From NCBI GenBank assembly GCA_041665345.1, contig JBAYJA010000005.1, positions 2,913 through 66,912 of the forward strand: a stretch of 64,000 nucleotides of DNA, written 5' to 3'. Positions 36,266 to 46,780 of the stretch are shown one piece after another. How positions within the stretch are numbered: position 1 is the first letter of the stretch; each line of letters starts with the position of its first letter. Position numbers and translations under genes: made by a program. The notes beneath the pieces were generated by a model. That model made no database searches, was not told where the DNA came from, and worked only from the letters and a program-made list of their open reading frames with translations. This DNA is from Patescibacteria group bacterium (lineage in GTDB: Bacteria; Patescibacteriota; Patescibacteriia; PEXW01).

Positions 36266-37366
36266 TTAGTACACCCGTTCGTGGTTGGAAGGAAACGGCA
36301 CCACTTTGGTAATGTCGTGCCGGCCCAGAATGTACTGGAATATCCGCGACATGCCAAACCCGCAACCAGCATGTGGCACTGAGTGGTAGCGCCGGAGCGC
36401 TTCAATGTACCAGGCAAAGCCCAGTTTGGCATCCGGGTCTTTTTCCAGTAAGCGTTGGAACATCAGGGAGCTGTAGAGACGTTCCTGGAACACGTCTACC
36501 TGGTGCACCCGGGCGGCCGAACCCACGCACTCACCGCCAAAGGGCACAATGCAGTCCGCGCTCAGGACGTACTCCGGATTTTCCGGATCGGGCTGCATGT
36601 TGAAGAACTTGATGGCTTTGCCGTTGGGATCGGCGGCCAGCAGTGCTTTCATGCGTGGATGTTCCGGGTTGGGGAAGTGGGTAATGAAAATTGGCCCGCC
36701 ACATTCCGCTACCAATTCCTGCTCCTGGGTTGAGGACAAGTCATTCCCCCAGGGAACGTTCATTCGAGCGATAGCTTCTTCGTACCGAAGTCGGGTGAAG
36801 CGAGCTGGGTGATTGGACAGGTGCGTCAACTCCGCAGGGAGACCATATTGGGCTCGCTCTGCAGAAGGGATCGCCATTGCTGCATCCACCAGGGCAGTGA
36901 TTGTCCCTTCAATGTGCTCCAGCAGCTGGGTGAAGCTGAAGGCACCTTCAATTTCCACCATCTCGAATTCAGTCAGGTGCCGGGTGTCTACCCCGCGTTC
37001 TGCGCGTGCCGATGGCCCCACGCAGTACAGGAGGGGGTTCTGCGGGTTGCCCAGCAAGGATTCCAGGTAGAGCTGACCGGTCTGCGCAAAGTACACTCGC
37101 TTCTTCATGGGCTGTCCTTCAGCATCGCGCACAATGAACCAGTGCGGATCATTGCCCACGAAAATTTCAAACAGCGTGTCCACGTTTTCACACGCGCCAG
37201 CTGCCGGGACAATGCGGGGGACAGTTACACGCAGGAAGCCCAGCCGCCGAAGGTGGGCTTCACAGGCCTGCATCATGGCGTCACCAAAGCGAATGACGTC
37301 GAAATTCGGTTCGGCAAAAGGCGTGGCGGTCACCAACGGCAGGGTGGTTTGGGTGGAAGATTCCAT
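36266..37366 (-). CDS. class II aminoacyl-tRNA-synthetase-like catalytic-domain protein (AsnA/AsxRS paralog lacking the anticodon-binding domain)
   Basis: Motif 2 RHLTEFEMVEIE and motif 3 GCGFGMSRIFQYILG; 366 aa with no N-terminal OB domain. Confidence 0.55.
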   Translation of the reverse strand: MESSTQTTLPLVTATPFAEPNFDVIRFGDAMMQACEAHLRRLGFLRVTVPRIVPAAGACENVDTLFEIFVGNDPHWFIVRDAEGQPMKKRVYFAQTGQLYLESLLGNPQNPLLYCVGPSARAERGVDTRHLTEFEMVEIEGAFSFTQLLEHIEGTITALVDAAMAIPSAERAQYGLPAELTHLSNHPARFTRLRYEEAIARMNVPWGNDLSSTQEQELVAECGGPIFITHFPNPEHPRMKALLAADPNGKAIKFFNMQPDPENPEYVLSADCIVPFGGECVGSAARVHQVDVFQERLYSSLMFQRLLEKDPDAKLGFAWYIEALRRYHSVPHAGCGFGMSRIFQYILGRHDITKVVPFPSNHERVY

Positions 37367-37420
37367 AGTAGTACTCCTTTCTGAGTATTCGGTTGTTCAA
37401 GAACAGTTTTTTGGGGGTAT

Positions 37421-37447
37421 AAAAAAATACCCCGTCAGTTGACGGGG
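37421..37447 (-). terminator. intrinsic terminator hairpin inside the roughly 190-nt 5' leader of the aaRS-like gene (candidate attenuator)
   Basis: Minus strand aaaagcccccgtcaactgacggggtattttttt lies about 55 nt before the ATG and about 130 nt after the TTGACA-17-TATCAT promoter. Confidence 0.45.
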
Positions 37448-37546
37448 GCTTTTGCAATAAATCCGGCACAGAGCCGGAATTTCTTCTTTTCCAGTACGTG
37501 GTCTCGCCAGTGATAATCGGTGTGGCGGGTCTGCATACTGGGGTAG

Positions 37547-37575
37547 ATGATACAGAAGCTGGGGAGAGGTGTCAA
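37547..37575 (-). promoter_or_regulatory. sigma70-type promoter of the aaRS-like gene
   Basis: Minus strand TTGACA - 17 nt - TATCAT, preceded immediately by TTCGTAA heptads. Confidence 0.5.
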
Positions 37576-37815
37576 ATAGGGTTACGAATTACGAAAAGAT
37601 ACTACGAAAATACGAATGTACGAATGGGGATACGCCCCGCGGAGCGGGGTCCGGCTCCGCCGGAAATTACGAATGGGGAGGGTGGGAATACGGGACTCAA
37701 GATTGTAGAGTGTCTCCCTCGCCCTCTGAGGGAGAGAGAGGGTTGGTTATGGTTCCCAGCGCGGGTGTCCCTGCCCGCGCTGGACTGGGGATGGTTGGAG
37801 GGTGAGGGGTAGGTA
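37570..37815 (-). repeat. modular intergenic repeat, copy E3
   Basis: gttacgaattacgaaaagatactacgaaaatacgaatgtacgaatgggg; double hairpin gatacgccccgcggagcggggtccggctccgccgga (37627..37665); G-rich modules. Confidence 0.6.
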
Positions 37816-37888
37816 AAGAAAACCCCACCTCGTGCAGAAGTGGGGTTATGAAGATTACCAACGAAAATGACTATTCGATGCATGAAGT

Positions 37889-38191
37889 TTAAGAAGCGAA
37901 ATGTTTAAAAAATTGAAAAACTATGTTCAACGCTCCGGCCATTAACCACTCGACACAAAAAATAACACCACCTTTTTGCACCCAAAGAGCTTCATCAAAC
38001 TCATCAACTTCCCTACTAACAAAGGTAATGATTCGAAAACTAAATGTTACGTAGGTCAATGTTCCAATCACACACCACCATCGCGGTTCATGGGTATAGT
38101 ACGCGGGGAAGTAAAAACCCAATAAGCAAATCATTGCGATGGTAACGATTATGCCTATAATCCACACTAGAAATTGATCTTCTTTTGGCAA
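37889..38191 (-). CDS. small membrane protein (100 aa)
   Basis: Three hydrophobic segments; terminator hairpin at 37818..37847. Confidence 0.3.
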   Translation of the reverse strand: MPKEDQFLVWIIGIIVTIAMICLLGFYFPAYYTHEPRWWCVIGTLTYVTFSFRIITFVSREVDEFDEALWVQKGGVIFCVEWLMAGALNIVFQFFKHFAS

Positions 38192-38228
38192 GATTCCTAC
38201 CTTTCAGAAATAACTCTTCTTTAAAAAA

Positions 38229-38663
38229 TTATTTCACTAATATCCTAAGGATGAGTACGGGTATGCCGAACACAATCCCTAAGACAAGCAGTGTGAGTCC
38301 AACAGCAAGCACGATATTGAAAGCAAATGCAGCGATTGGAGTTACCACAAGAACTTTCCAACTCTTTGCAAAACCTTCCCAAAAACTGTCGCCACCCTGC
38401 CATCCACCAATTTGGACAACTCCGTACATTGTAAAAATGTACAAGGCTGTCCAGTAAGGTATGTAAAACAAAGGCGCATACGGACCGAGTGCGTTTGGAT
38501 GACATGGATCCGAAGGAACGTGGATAGTGAACCCCAGAATTATGACCCCTAACCATACTGGGACAAAGCCAACAAAGAAACGGAAGCGGTAATGAGGGAA
38601 GAGGTCCTTATATAACTGGTGTAGCTGGTACAATTTTCTTCGTAAAAAAATAGGTGCTGGCAT
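38229..38663 (-). CDS. hypothetical membrane protein (144 aa)
   Basis: Four predicted transmembrane helices. Confidence 0.35.
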   Translation of the reverse strand: MPAPIFLRRKLYQLHQLYKDLFPHYRFRFFVGFVPVWLGVIILGFTIHVPSDPCHPNALGPYAPLFYIPYWTALYIFTMYGVVQIGGWQGGDSFWEGFAKSWKVLVVTPIAAFAFNIVLAVGLTLLVLGIVFGIPVLILRILVK

Positions 38664-38795
38664 GCAACCTCCTTTATTCAGTTTTCAAAGTTTTTTGTTA
38701 TTAACCAAGCAGTATATTATTGAAAGTGCATTTTGTCAATAATCTTCTTATGAAATGTTGACAAATTATCAATATTCTATATAATATATACATTA

Positions 38796-39572
38796 TTGAC
38801 GAAAATATTCGTCATCAATATGACTGAGCTGCAAACCCAATTGCGTACCCTTGGTTGGCCGGATAAGCAGATTACTGTGTACTCTGCCCTTTTGGGCTTA
38901 GGATCCGCAGGTGCGTCAGAAATTGCTGAAGGAGTGAAGCTCCCCCGGCAGACTGTCTATAGCCTTCTCTCCGAACTCCTGGAAAAAGAAGTTATCGAGC
39001 AAAGTGACCAACAAGGGGTGAAGCAGTTTGTGGCAAATCCAGACGCGTTGCTACTTCGTCTAGAGAAAGACCAGCTACAATTGCAAAAAACCAAGACCGA
39101 GTTAGCTGCAGAACTACCCAAGATTCTTGCCAAGCAACGTCGCAAACCTTCTTACCCGCAGGTGACGTACTACGAAGGGAAAGAAGGTTTGAAACGATTA
39201 TTCAACGGCATTCTCCATTTTTACCAACGTGATGGCGAAAAAGCCTTTCGGGGCTACGGCGTAAACTTCATGAAGCCTGCCCTGGGTGATTTTCTGTACA
39301 CGTTTGTGAAGAAGCGGAGTGAGTATGGAGTGGACACCAAGCTCTTCATTGGTCTGGGGCCAGATGATTTTGGGATAACTGGACCAGAGAACCAACTCCA
39401 GCGAGATATCAAGCGTCTGAACATGCCTGCGGCGAAAGCGGGGGTGTATTTGGTTGGTGATCGGGCGTACCTTTTTTCTTTTGTAGACAATGTGGGTGTC
39501 ATGGTAGAGAACCCGGCAATCGTTGAACTCCTCAAGCGTGCTTTTGATGATCATTGGAAGAAATCCAATTAA
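38796..39572 (+). CDS. TrmB-family transcriptional regulator (paralog 1)
   Basis: N-terminal winged helix (LGLGSAGASEIAEGVKLPRQTVYSLLSELLEKEVIE) plus a roughly 180-aa C-terminal domain. Palindrome TGACGAAAATATTCGTCA overlaps its start region. Confidence 0.6.
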   Translation: MTKIFVINMTELQTQLRTLGWPDKQITVYSALLGLGSAGASEIAEGVKLPRQTVYSLLSELLEKEVIEQSDQQGVKQFVANPDALLLRLEKDQLQLQKTKTELAAELPKILAKQRRKPSYPQVTYYEGKEGLKRLFNGILHFYQRDGEKAFRGYGVNFMKPALGDFLYTFVKKRSEYGVDTKLFIGLGPDDFGITGPENQLQRDIKRLNMPAAKAGVYLVGDRAYLFSFVDNVGVMVENPAIVELLKRAFDDHWKKSN

Positions 39573-39658
39573 CAAAGTGTTACTTGCTTGTTCTTGCCTT
39601 TTCTCAATAATTCTTTAGACTGCAAACAAGAGGAAAGCAAACACGGAAAGGAGAAAAA

Positions 39659-39865
39659 ATGGCTCTCAGTGATTATTGTCCCCCAGACTGGAGTTACTGC
39701 AAATGTGAATGTCATATGACGGCAAGCGATAGTTGCGGGTGCAATTGTCAATTTTGTAACGCCTGTAAGCGCTACATTGCTGGACCTTTCGAAAAACATC
39801 AGCAAGAGGTACACCCAAAAACGGTCTCTCAAAAATGCTGTTCTGGACCAATCTCCATAGTCTAG
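39659..39865 (+). CDS. Cys/His-rich small protein, paralog B of 27178..27552
   Basis: CKCECH-x6-CGCNCQFCNACKRYIAGPFEKHQQEVH, the same motif order as paralog A; 68 aa. Confidence 0.45.
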   Translation: MALSDYCPPDWSYCKCECHMTASDSCGCNCQFCNACKRYIAGPFEKHQQEVHPKTVSQKCCSGPISIV

Positions 39866-39926
39866 TTCCTCGAAGCGCCTCTCCATTGACGGAAAGGCGC
39901 TTTTTTTGTAGAATCATGGCACTCCT

Positions 39927-41918
39927 ATGAATGTTACCGAACTCGCCCGCCGCCTCCGCATTCCTGTCCAAGACCTTCGCCATGCCTTGCCGAAGTTGGG
40001 TTTTGGTATTGGTTCCAAGGCGCACAAGGTTTCCGACGTGGTAGCAACAAAAATTATTGGGAAGCATAAGACTGAGCCTGAACTCTTTGCCCCGGAGAAG
40101 GAAGAGGACGTTATTGAAGTAGCAGAAAAGGCTGCACCGGTTGGCCGCATTGCCATTCCATCTCGCATTACGGTTCGGGAGTTTGCCGCGCGTCTGAACA
40201 AGCCAGCTTCACTGGTTATTTCTCACCTGATGAAAAATGGAATCCTGGCCGCGCTGAATGAGGAAATTGATTTTGATACCGCCTCCATTGTGGGAGCAGA
40301 TTTTGGTGCGGAAGTGCAGCGGCAGCAAGAGCAAACCACGGCCGAGCGGGAAACTGCCATGGCGGATAAAGTTGGGACGCTCATTGCGGCGGATGAAAAG
40401 CGAACCACGGTGCGCCCACCGGTCGTGGTGGTCATGGGCCATGTTGACCATGGGAAAACCAGTTTGCTGGACGCGATCCGAACGGCCAACGTCGCCGGCA
40501 AAGAGCACGGTGGTATTACCCAGCACATTGGCGCCTACCAAGTGACGTTGAACGACCGAGGGATTACCTTCATTGATACGCCGGGGCACGAAGCGTTTAC
40601 GGCCATGCGTTCCCGCGGCGCGAACGTGGCGGACGTGGCCATTGTGGTCATTGCTGCCGATGATGGGATGAAACCTCAGACTCGGGAAGTGCTGAGCATT
40701 GTGGAACGGAACAAGCTCCCATTTGTGGTGGCGATTACGAAGATTGATAAAGACGGTACGAGCGTGGACAAAGTGAAAACGGATTTAGCGTCAATCAACC
40801 TCCAACCGGAGGACTGGGGTGGAAAAGTCATAACCCAAGCGGTCTCCGCGAAAACCGGGAAAGGCATTCCTGAACTTTTGGAATCTGTTCTACTGGTTGC
40901 GGATTTGGAAAAGGACACGCTCCTGGCAAACCCGGATGGGAAATTGGTTGGAACTATTATTGAATCCCACGTGGACCAAGGTGAAGGCCCAGTGGCCACC
41001 ATGATTGTGCAGAACGGTACCCTGCGCCGTGGGGATTTCATTGTGGCTGGCCCAGTGGTGGGGAAAATTCGGAGTTTGAAAGATTGGAATGGGAAGATTG
41101 TCGACGCCGCAGGTCCGTCCATGCCGGTGGTCATCCTGGGACTCAAAGCCGCGCCGTCCGTTGGTGATGTGGTGGAAGCGCCGGAAGATGAACGGGCAGC
41201 CAGAAAACTCATGAAGCAGCAAGAAGCCACGCTGCGCTTGATGCAGGTGAAAGCTCGGGAAGCCTCGCAAACTGCGTCGGTGATTGGCGGCAGCGTGGAC
41301 ACCAAGGACGTGAAGAAGCTTCCACTCTTCCTGAAAGCAGACAAGGTGGGTTCTTTGGAGGCAATTGTGGAAAGCATGAAAGGCTTTGCCTACCCAGATG
41401 TGCAGCCCGTGATTGTGGGCCAAGGTTTGGGCGATATTACCGATGCGGATGTGATGCGCGCCGAACAAGCTGATGCCTGGCTCCTGGGGTTCAACGTGGA
41501 CGTTGGCCAGAAAGCTGTGAGCAATGCGCGCGTACCCGTGAAAACCTTTACCGTCATCTACCAGCTGCTGGATGAAATTCGGGACGGCCTGGCTGCCAAA
41601 CTTGGAGTGGAAATTGTGGAAGAGCCCATTGGCCAAGCTCGGGTGCTCAAGATTTTCCGCCAGGAAGGGAAGGTGACCATTGCCGGCGCCAAGGTCACGG
41701 AAGGTGTGGCCAAAGCAAAGGCACGGGTCAAAGTCTTCCGCAGTGGGAAAGTGCTGGGCGCTGTATCCCTGGATCAGCTGCAGCAGAACAAGCAGAACGT
41801 GGGTGAGGTCGCCACCAACCTGGAGTGCGGTCTGAAACTCAGCGGCCTGGCCGGGATTGTGGAAGGGGACACCTTGCTGTTCACGGAAGAGAAGCAGGTA
41901 GCGAGGAAACTTGAATAG
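39927..41918 (+). CDS. infB: translation initiation factor IF-2 (short N-terminus)
   Basis: GTPase G1 [30 protein letters not shown]; 663 aa. Confidence 0.9.
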   Translation: MNVTELARRLRIPVQDLRHALPKLGFGIGSKAHKVSDVVATKIIGKHKTEPELFAPEKEEDVIEVAEKAAPVGRIAIPSRITVREFAARLNKPASLVISHLMKNGILAALNEEIDFDTASIVGADFGAEVQRQQEQTTAERETAMADKVGTLIAADEKRTTVRPPVVVVMGHVDHGKTSLLDAIRTANVAGKEHGGITQHIGAYQVTLNDRGITFIDTPGHEAFTAMRSRGANVADVAIVVIAADDGMKPQTREVLSIVERNKLPFVVAITKIDKDGTSVDKVKTDLASINLQPEDWGGKVITQAVSAKTGKGIPELLESVLLVADLEKDTLLANPDGKLVGTIIESHVDQGEGPVATMIVQNGTLRRGDFIVAGPVVGKIRSLKDWNGKIVDAAGPSMPVVILGLKAAPSVGDVVEAPEDERAARKLMKQQEATLRLMQVKAREASQTASVIGGSVDTKDVKKLPLFLKADKVGSLEAIVESMKGFAYPDVQPVIVGQGLGDITDADVMRAEQADAWLLGFNVDVGQKAVSNARVPVKTFTVIYQLLDEIRDGLAAKLGVEIVEEPIGQARVLKIFRQEGKVTIAGAKVTEGVAKAKARVKVFRSGKVLGAVSLDQLQQNKQNVGEVATNLECGLKLSGLAGIVEGDTLLFTEEKQVARKLE

Positions 41919-42049
41919 CGAACAGATAGAAGGTTTGGTTTTCGATAGCGGTATAGATTGAAGGCAAAGGCGAATGAATACCCGTTACCAAAACCGTCCA
42001 CCATCTACCCATACAATAATCCAAACCCAAACCTTCTACCCCTGCAACC

Positions 42050-42424
42050 ATGCCCTCCAAGCGCGTGAACCAACTCAATGCACTGCTCCAGCAAAAACTG
42101 GGCGAACTTTTTTTAACCGAAATCAACTTTGCCGCAGGGACGTTAGTGAGTATTACCCGCGTGGAAACCACGGGTGACATTCGGCACTGCAGCGTGTTCC
42201 TGTCCGTGATGCCAGAGGAGTATGGGAATGGTGTGCTCAATCTCTTGCAAAAGCGCCTGCCCTTTCTGCAGCACGAGCTCATGAAGCGGCTTACCTTGGC
42301 GCGCATTCCGTCGCTCCACTTCCGTCTGGATATCCGGGGCCAAAATGCCGCGCACATGGAAGCATTGCTGGATGAGGTGAAGAAGACGTTGCCGCCGGAG
42401 GAAGAAGTCCAACCGGAAAAGTAA
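42050..42424 (+). CDS. rbfA: ribosome-binding factor A
   Basis: 124 aa; RVNQLNALLQQKLGELF...SITRVETTGDIRHCSVFLSV matches the RbfA KH-like fold; located downstream of infB. Confidence 0.8.
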   Translation: MPSKRVNQLNALLQQKLGELFLTEINFAAGTLVSITRVETTGDIRHCSVFLSVMPEEYGNGVLNLLQKRLPFLQHELMKRLTLARIPSLHFRLDIRGQNAAHMEALLDEVKKTLPPEEEVQPEK

Positions 42425-42454
42425 ACTTATTTTTTTGAAAGGAAAAAGGCGAAT

Positions 42455-42480
42455 GCTTGTCAAAAAAGCCTAAGGTGTTC
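42455..42480. terminator. bidirectional terminator between rbfA and CDS 42505..43098
   Basis: aaagcctaaggtgttccctaggcttt hairpin with flanking A- and T-runs. Confidence 0.5.
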
Positions 42481-42504
42481 CCTAGGCTTTGCTCACTCGT
42501 TTAC

Positions 42505-43098
42505 TCATGCGTTTACTGCATGTGCATTAAATCTTGGTACAGGCTTTGGAAGTTCTTGCTCATGGACCAAGCTCCAGGAACGGAATTCCAAGCAGCCAAT
42601 AGGAGTGTACGTCTCTTCATCCAGAGTATTGAAGAACTCCCTCCGTCCGGTAAAATCCAGAAAGTCCCCCGTATTTTTCGATTGAATGTACACGCATGGC
42701 AGGCCACCACCACCCATAATCCCGATGGATCTGCGCATCGGCTCTCTTTGCAGTACATCCAACAGCTCAAAGTCCACCACGGCCTGTAATTGACTGGGGA
42801 ACGTGCCCTGGTAGTGCATAGTCCAGACCGGCGTGCCGTCCACGTAAATGGTCATGGTGCCGGTGACATTTCCTGAGACCTCATTCCGGGAAAATGTGTC
42901 CCACATCTCAAAGCTTCTTGGTTCGGGCGGGAAGAAGTACTTCTGGTGATGGTAGTACCAGACGCCTGGCTCCAGGGGGTGTGGTAGTGCTTTGACCCTC
43001 TCTGGATCACGCATTCGTCGTCGTATTGCCTCGCGAAAGAATTCTCGCACCTCGTATACCATGGCGCGGAAGACTTCATTTGCATCATTGTCCGGCAT
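42505..43098 (-). CDS. hypothetical protein (197 aa)
   Basis: Long ORF; no motif recognised. Confidence 0.4.
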   Translation of the reverse strand: MPDNDANEVFRAMVYEVREFFREAIRRRMRDPERVKALPHPLEPGVWYYHHQKYFFPPEPRSFEMWDTFSRNEVSGNVTGTMTIYVDGTPVWTMHYQGTFPSQLQAVVDFELLDVLQREPMRRSIGIMGGGGLPCVYIQSKNTGDFLDFTGRREFFNTLDEETYTPIGCLEFRSWSLVHEQELPKPVPRFNAHAVNA

Positions 43099-43182
43099 TG
43101 TGTCCTCAACTTTCAGTTTGTGAACGTTCAGTATGTTTAGAGCTATCCTAGATTGCTGGGGAATGGTTTGTCAAATAAAAAA

Positions 43183-43220
43183 AAGCGCCAGGTTGTCCGG
43201 GCGCTTAGAGCTATTTTTTT
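43183..43220. terminator. terminator hairpin family copy 1 (conserved loop GGTTGTCCGGGCGC)
   Basis: aaaaaaaagcgccaggttgtccgggcgcttagagctattttttt. Confidence 0.5.
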
Positions 43221-43228
43221 GCGAGCAC

Positions 43229-43483
43229 TTACGTGAAGTCTTTTACTCCGAAGGATTCTGAGGGTAGCATGGCCGATAAAGCATCTTGCACTTTTTCTCG
43301 GTCACCTATGGCGAGCACTCGCGCATGCCCACCCCAAGAATGCCAATCTACGTGTTTCTTGCCAGTTACTCGCCTGACCTCTTGAATGACACTCTCGAAA
43401 TCCGGTGGTGTGGATTTTGAGTAGAGTAGAGCTACGCATGAACCAAGGTGCCAAACAAGTCTACTGCACCTGTTTGCTGGCAT
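43229..43483 (-). CDS. hypothetical protein (84 aa)
   Basis: ORF bracketed by two copies of the terminator hairpin family. Confidence 0.3.
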   Translation of the reverse strand: MPANRCSRLVWHLGSCVALLYSKSTPPDFESVIQEVRRVTGKKHVDWHSWGGHARVLAIGDREKVQDALSAMLPSESFGVKDFT

Positions 43484-43566
43484 ATATGACCTCCTCGTTA
43501 CTTTTGTTTTTTCACTGCTACTTTACCACCCACAAACATTGTGTCAATAAAATTGTTTGTAAGTAA

Positions 43567-43593
43567 AAAGCGCCAGGTTGTCCGGGCGCTTTT
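43567..43593. terminator. terminator hairpin family copy 2
   Basis: aaagcgccaggttgtccgggcgcttttt; 27 nt identical to copy 1. Confidence 0.5.
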
Positions 43594-43608
43594 TGGAAGG
43601 TTCTTCGA

Positions 43609-43935
43609 TTAGTCGGTTTTTAACCACCCGATGTAGCGCTGAAGGATTGGTGCCTGCAGATCTCTCCGATCCAACGCGTCCTTCGCCCGTTGGACAAGTG
43701 CTCCTTCAAGAGGTGCACCGCATTCTTGGAGTCTTTTTTCGTACTTCTGCAGCAATGCTCGTAGGGCAGGGATTTCATACGGCTGAATAGCCCTGACAAA
43801 GTCTGGATTCTCAGCTTTTTCATGTACAGCAACTAAGAAGTTAGATCTCGTCGTCAGTATTTCCTTGAGTATTCTAAAATTTTCTCTCTCGACTTCTTCT
43901 TGTTGTTCAGGGCTTAATGAATAAAACATAACCAC
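43609..43935 (-). CDS. hypothetical protein (108 aa)
   Basis: ORF only. Confidence 0.3.
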   Translation of the reverse strand: MVMFYSLSPEQQEEVERENFRILKEILTTRSNFLVAVHEKAENPDFVRAIQPYEIPALRALLQKYEKRLQECGAPLEGALVQRAKDALDRRDLQAPILQRYIGWLKTD

Positions 43936-44308
43936 GTAGAGCTCCTTTCGATGTTGTTTTTGTATTTAAGCTAATTCTCCTGTTTGAATCCTCCTTTTCA
44001 CCTCCCTCCATTCTTCAGCCGAGAGCACAATAACTTTTTCGGGTTCACTTGACTGTCGTAGCGCTTTCCCGCCATCTGGAGTTTCTGCAATCTCCAGGCA
44101 GCTGCCAATGACACAGCTAAATTTTAATGACTCATGCATTATTCCTCCGATTGTGTTGATGTAAAAAAAGAACCTGTTCGTCTCTACTCTATGAACAGCG
44201 GAAGCAGAGCGCCAGACGTGAGAAGCGTTACGAATATTTACCCCTAAGGTTAGCGGAGAATCAGCATAAATAATTGACAATATTCTTGTCACTTAATATC
44301 ATAAGGTT

Positions 44309-45115
44309 ATGCCACCCATGCCTACAAAATTTTTTCAGCTCCTCAACCTCTCAGCAGTTGAGCAAAAGATTATTCTGCAACTGCAGGTACACGCTTCAAT
44401 GACGGTCTCAGCATTAGCCCGGGAGATTGCGATACCACGAACAACGACACATTTTCTCCTCAAGAACTTGGAACGACGTGGCTTATTACACCGAGTGAGG
44501 GTCGGAAAGCATGGAGAATGGAGCCTTGCGGATTCAGCAGTGATAACCAACCAGCTCCAAATTGGGCTGCAACTATTTTCCCATGCAAAGAACCTGGGCG
44601 AGCGGGTTGTCCTGGGAGATAACGTTGTGCAGTATTCTCAGGGTCTGCACAACATTCAAACAACCTACACAGCATTGCTGCGGGCACATGTTGGGGAAAG
44701 AATTTACTTTATCCAGGGAACACAATCCGCCAAAATCGCGCTGCAAAATCTTTCACCGGAATTCTTCCAGAAGTTTCATGCGCAGATAAAGAAGCGAAGA
44801 ATTATCCTGGAAGGGATTGGGAGCACAGAGCTGCTTGCGCTATTTCACACCCTCGATAAAAAAGCGTTGGCCTCACACCAAGGACGCCCATTGATTACCT
44901 CGTTGGTTCCCAGCCGTTTTCTTCGTCCGGATATTGATGTGCTCATTTTCCGTTCCACGCTCTACGTCATAAATATGAAGAAGGAAACGCTGCTGACTTT
45001 GGAAAGTGAGGAGGTGGCAGATGTCCTCAAAAATTTTCTGGCATACATTCTTGCCGGTGAGCGGCGTATGAATGTGAATGAGTATGTCCAGCAACTGCTT
45101 GAGCGGAAGAAATAA
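44309..45115 (+). CDS. TrmB-family transcriptional regulator (paralog 2)
   Basis: N-terminal winged helix LSAVEQKIILQLQVHASMTVSALAREIAIPRTTTHFLLKNLERRGLL. Palindrome TTGACAATATTCTTGTCA sits 25-45 nt upstream. Confidence 0.6.
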   Translation: MPPMPTKFFQLLNLSAVEQKIILQLQVHASMTVSALAREIAIPRTTTHFLLKNLERRGLLHRVRVGKHGEWSLADSAVITNQLQIGLQLFSHAKNLGERVVLGDNVVQYSQGLHNIQTTYTALLRAHVGERIYFIQGTQSAKIALQNLSPEFFQKFHAQIKKRRIILEGIGSTELLALFHTLDKKALASHQGRPLITSLVPSRFLRPDIDVLIFRSTLYVINMKKETLLTLESEEVADVLKNFLAYILAGERRMNVNEYVQQLLERKK

Positions 45116-45145
45116 AAAAGCACTCGGTTGTCCGGGCGCCTTTTT
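45114..45145. terminator. terminator hairpin family copy 3
   Basis: aaaaaagcactcggttgtccgggcgccttttt; the loop core ggttgtccgggcgc is shared with copies 1 and 2. Confidence 0.45.
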
Positions 45146-45158
45146 AGAAAAGTGCAAT

Positions 45159-45926
45159 CTACGGTTTCTTCGCAACGAACTGTATGAAGGCTGGGTGCCC
45201 CCACGGACTCCCTGCCCACAGCGCGCTTTTGGCAATGTGCTCTGGCCGGACGTACGTGTCTTGCCGGCGGATAACTTCCAATCCTGCTTCGCGCAGCAGA
45301 CGTGGGAATAGATCCTCCGGGTGGTACCACACTTCTGAGACGAAGACATCGCCGTGGATATTCATGTAGCGCTCCTCGAACTTCTGCGACCGTGTAAGCG
45401 GAACGTTTGGCTCTACTGGTTTGTACTGTACCCATTTTGCATGGCCGGTACGGGTTGGCGATGTGGATTGGTACAAGAATGGGTGCATGATACTCACCAC
45501 TAGCCGTCCACCTGGCCTGAGGACGTGTGAGGCATTCAGAAAAAATGCTGCACACTCCTTGGGGCTGTCGTGAATAAGTACTGCTGCGCAGAAAACTGCG
45601 TCAGCATCATGAACGTAGGGAAAGAGACTTTGGGTAATGTCTCCCATGCAGTAGCCCTCCACTTTTGGGTCAGCTTGTTCTCGTTGCCTTGCTCGGGCTA
45701 ACATTTTTTCGCTCCGATCAATGCCAACCACGCATGCGCCACTATCAGCGATGACCCGGGTCAGCAGACCTTCACCACAGCCCGCGTCAAGAATGAGCTC
45801 ACCAGGCTGTGGGTTGAGCAGCTCCACTGCCGGAACGCGACCCAGCCAGTCACCCATGACGGTCCAACCCAGGCGGGATTTCCAGAAGTCAGTCTGCTCT
45901 TCGTACGGTTTCTGCGTGTTATCCAT
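45159..45926 (-). CDS. class I SAM-dependent methyltransferase
   Basis: ILDAGCGEGLLTRVIADSGACVVGIDRSEKM (motif I) and a downstream acidic motif. Confidence 0.6.
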   Translation of the reverse strand: MDNTQKPYEEQTDFWKSRLGWTVMGDWLGRVPAVELLNPQPGELILDAGCGEGLLTRVIADSGACVVGIDRSEKMLARARQREQADPKVEGYCMGDITQSLFPYVHDADAVFCAAVLIHDSPKECAAFFLNASHVLRPGGRLVVSIMHPFLYQSTSPTRTGHAKWVQYKPVEPNVPLTRSQKFEERYMNIHGDVFVSEVWYHPEDLFPRLLREAGLEVIRRQDTYVRPEHIAKSALWAGSPWGHPAFIQFVAKKP

Positions 45927-46041
45927 TTTTCAATCCTCTCGTTTTTGGTTTTTTATCCTTCTCCCAACCAACAATTTTATTTGCGTTCTGGGAGAAGTCC
46001 CCATGTTTTGATAAGTGATCGACAAACATGGGGGTGAATTA

Positions 46042-46629
46042 TTATTTTCTAGAGTTTGGCACTGCAGCAAATACACATTCGTGACAATGGACCGCGTTTA
46101 AGTAAAGGCTACACAACCAGGGCTTCTGATGTATCAAACGAATGTAAGGTACAATTTTTCCTGGTGAAATGCTGACAGAATTGAGAGCAAAAATTGGTCG
46201 TTCACACAGAATTTTTCGCTGCTCTCCAAAAGCAAGGAGTTCTTGGAGGTTTGCTGGACGATACCCACATTTCTCCAGTAACCATCTCACATCATCAGCA
46301 TCACCACATTCGGTGTCAAACTGTACTAGCTTCAATGTAATGGAGTGCGTGCCACCGCCGGTTCGTGGAAAGTTCACTTCATGTATTTCCGGATCGACAT
46401 TACCATATTTCCCGGCAGCGATGTATTGACCAATGGAACGATTCATATTGACTATCAGCCGAACTGAATCAATATACGCTGTGATTGAGTGTTCTGGTTC
46501 AGTAACATCTGTTAGGCCAGTGAATTCGACACCATACGTGCCAAAACGGAAGGTTGGTTTTCTTACTCGTCTCGATTTTGAAATGACGATTACTTTTTTG
46601 CGCATTGTTGTACTATGCCATCCTTTCAC
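46042..46629 (-). CDS. hypothetical protein (195 aa)
   Basis: ORF only. Confidence 0.35.
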   Translation of the reverse strand: MKGWHSTTMRKKVIVISKSRRVRKPTFRFGTYGVEFTGLTDVTEPEHSITAYIDSVRLIVNMNRSIGQYIAAGKYGNVDPEIHEVNFPRTGGGTHSITLKLVQFDTECGDADDVRWLLEKCGYRPANLQELLAFGEQRKILCERPIFALNSVSISPGKIVPYIRLIHQKPWLCSLYLNAVHCHECVFAAVPNSRK

Positions 46630-46780
46630 AATGTTTTTTCTTTTATTTCATTTTTAACAAAGAAGTATAAAGAAGAGTTTAGATATTGTCAATGCTTTAA
46701 GCAAAATATTAAAGTGGAATTGACAAAATGGCTAAAATAAGCTAAAATTGTGATATAGTATTTGTCATAATCTTCGTCAA

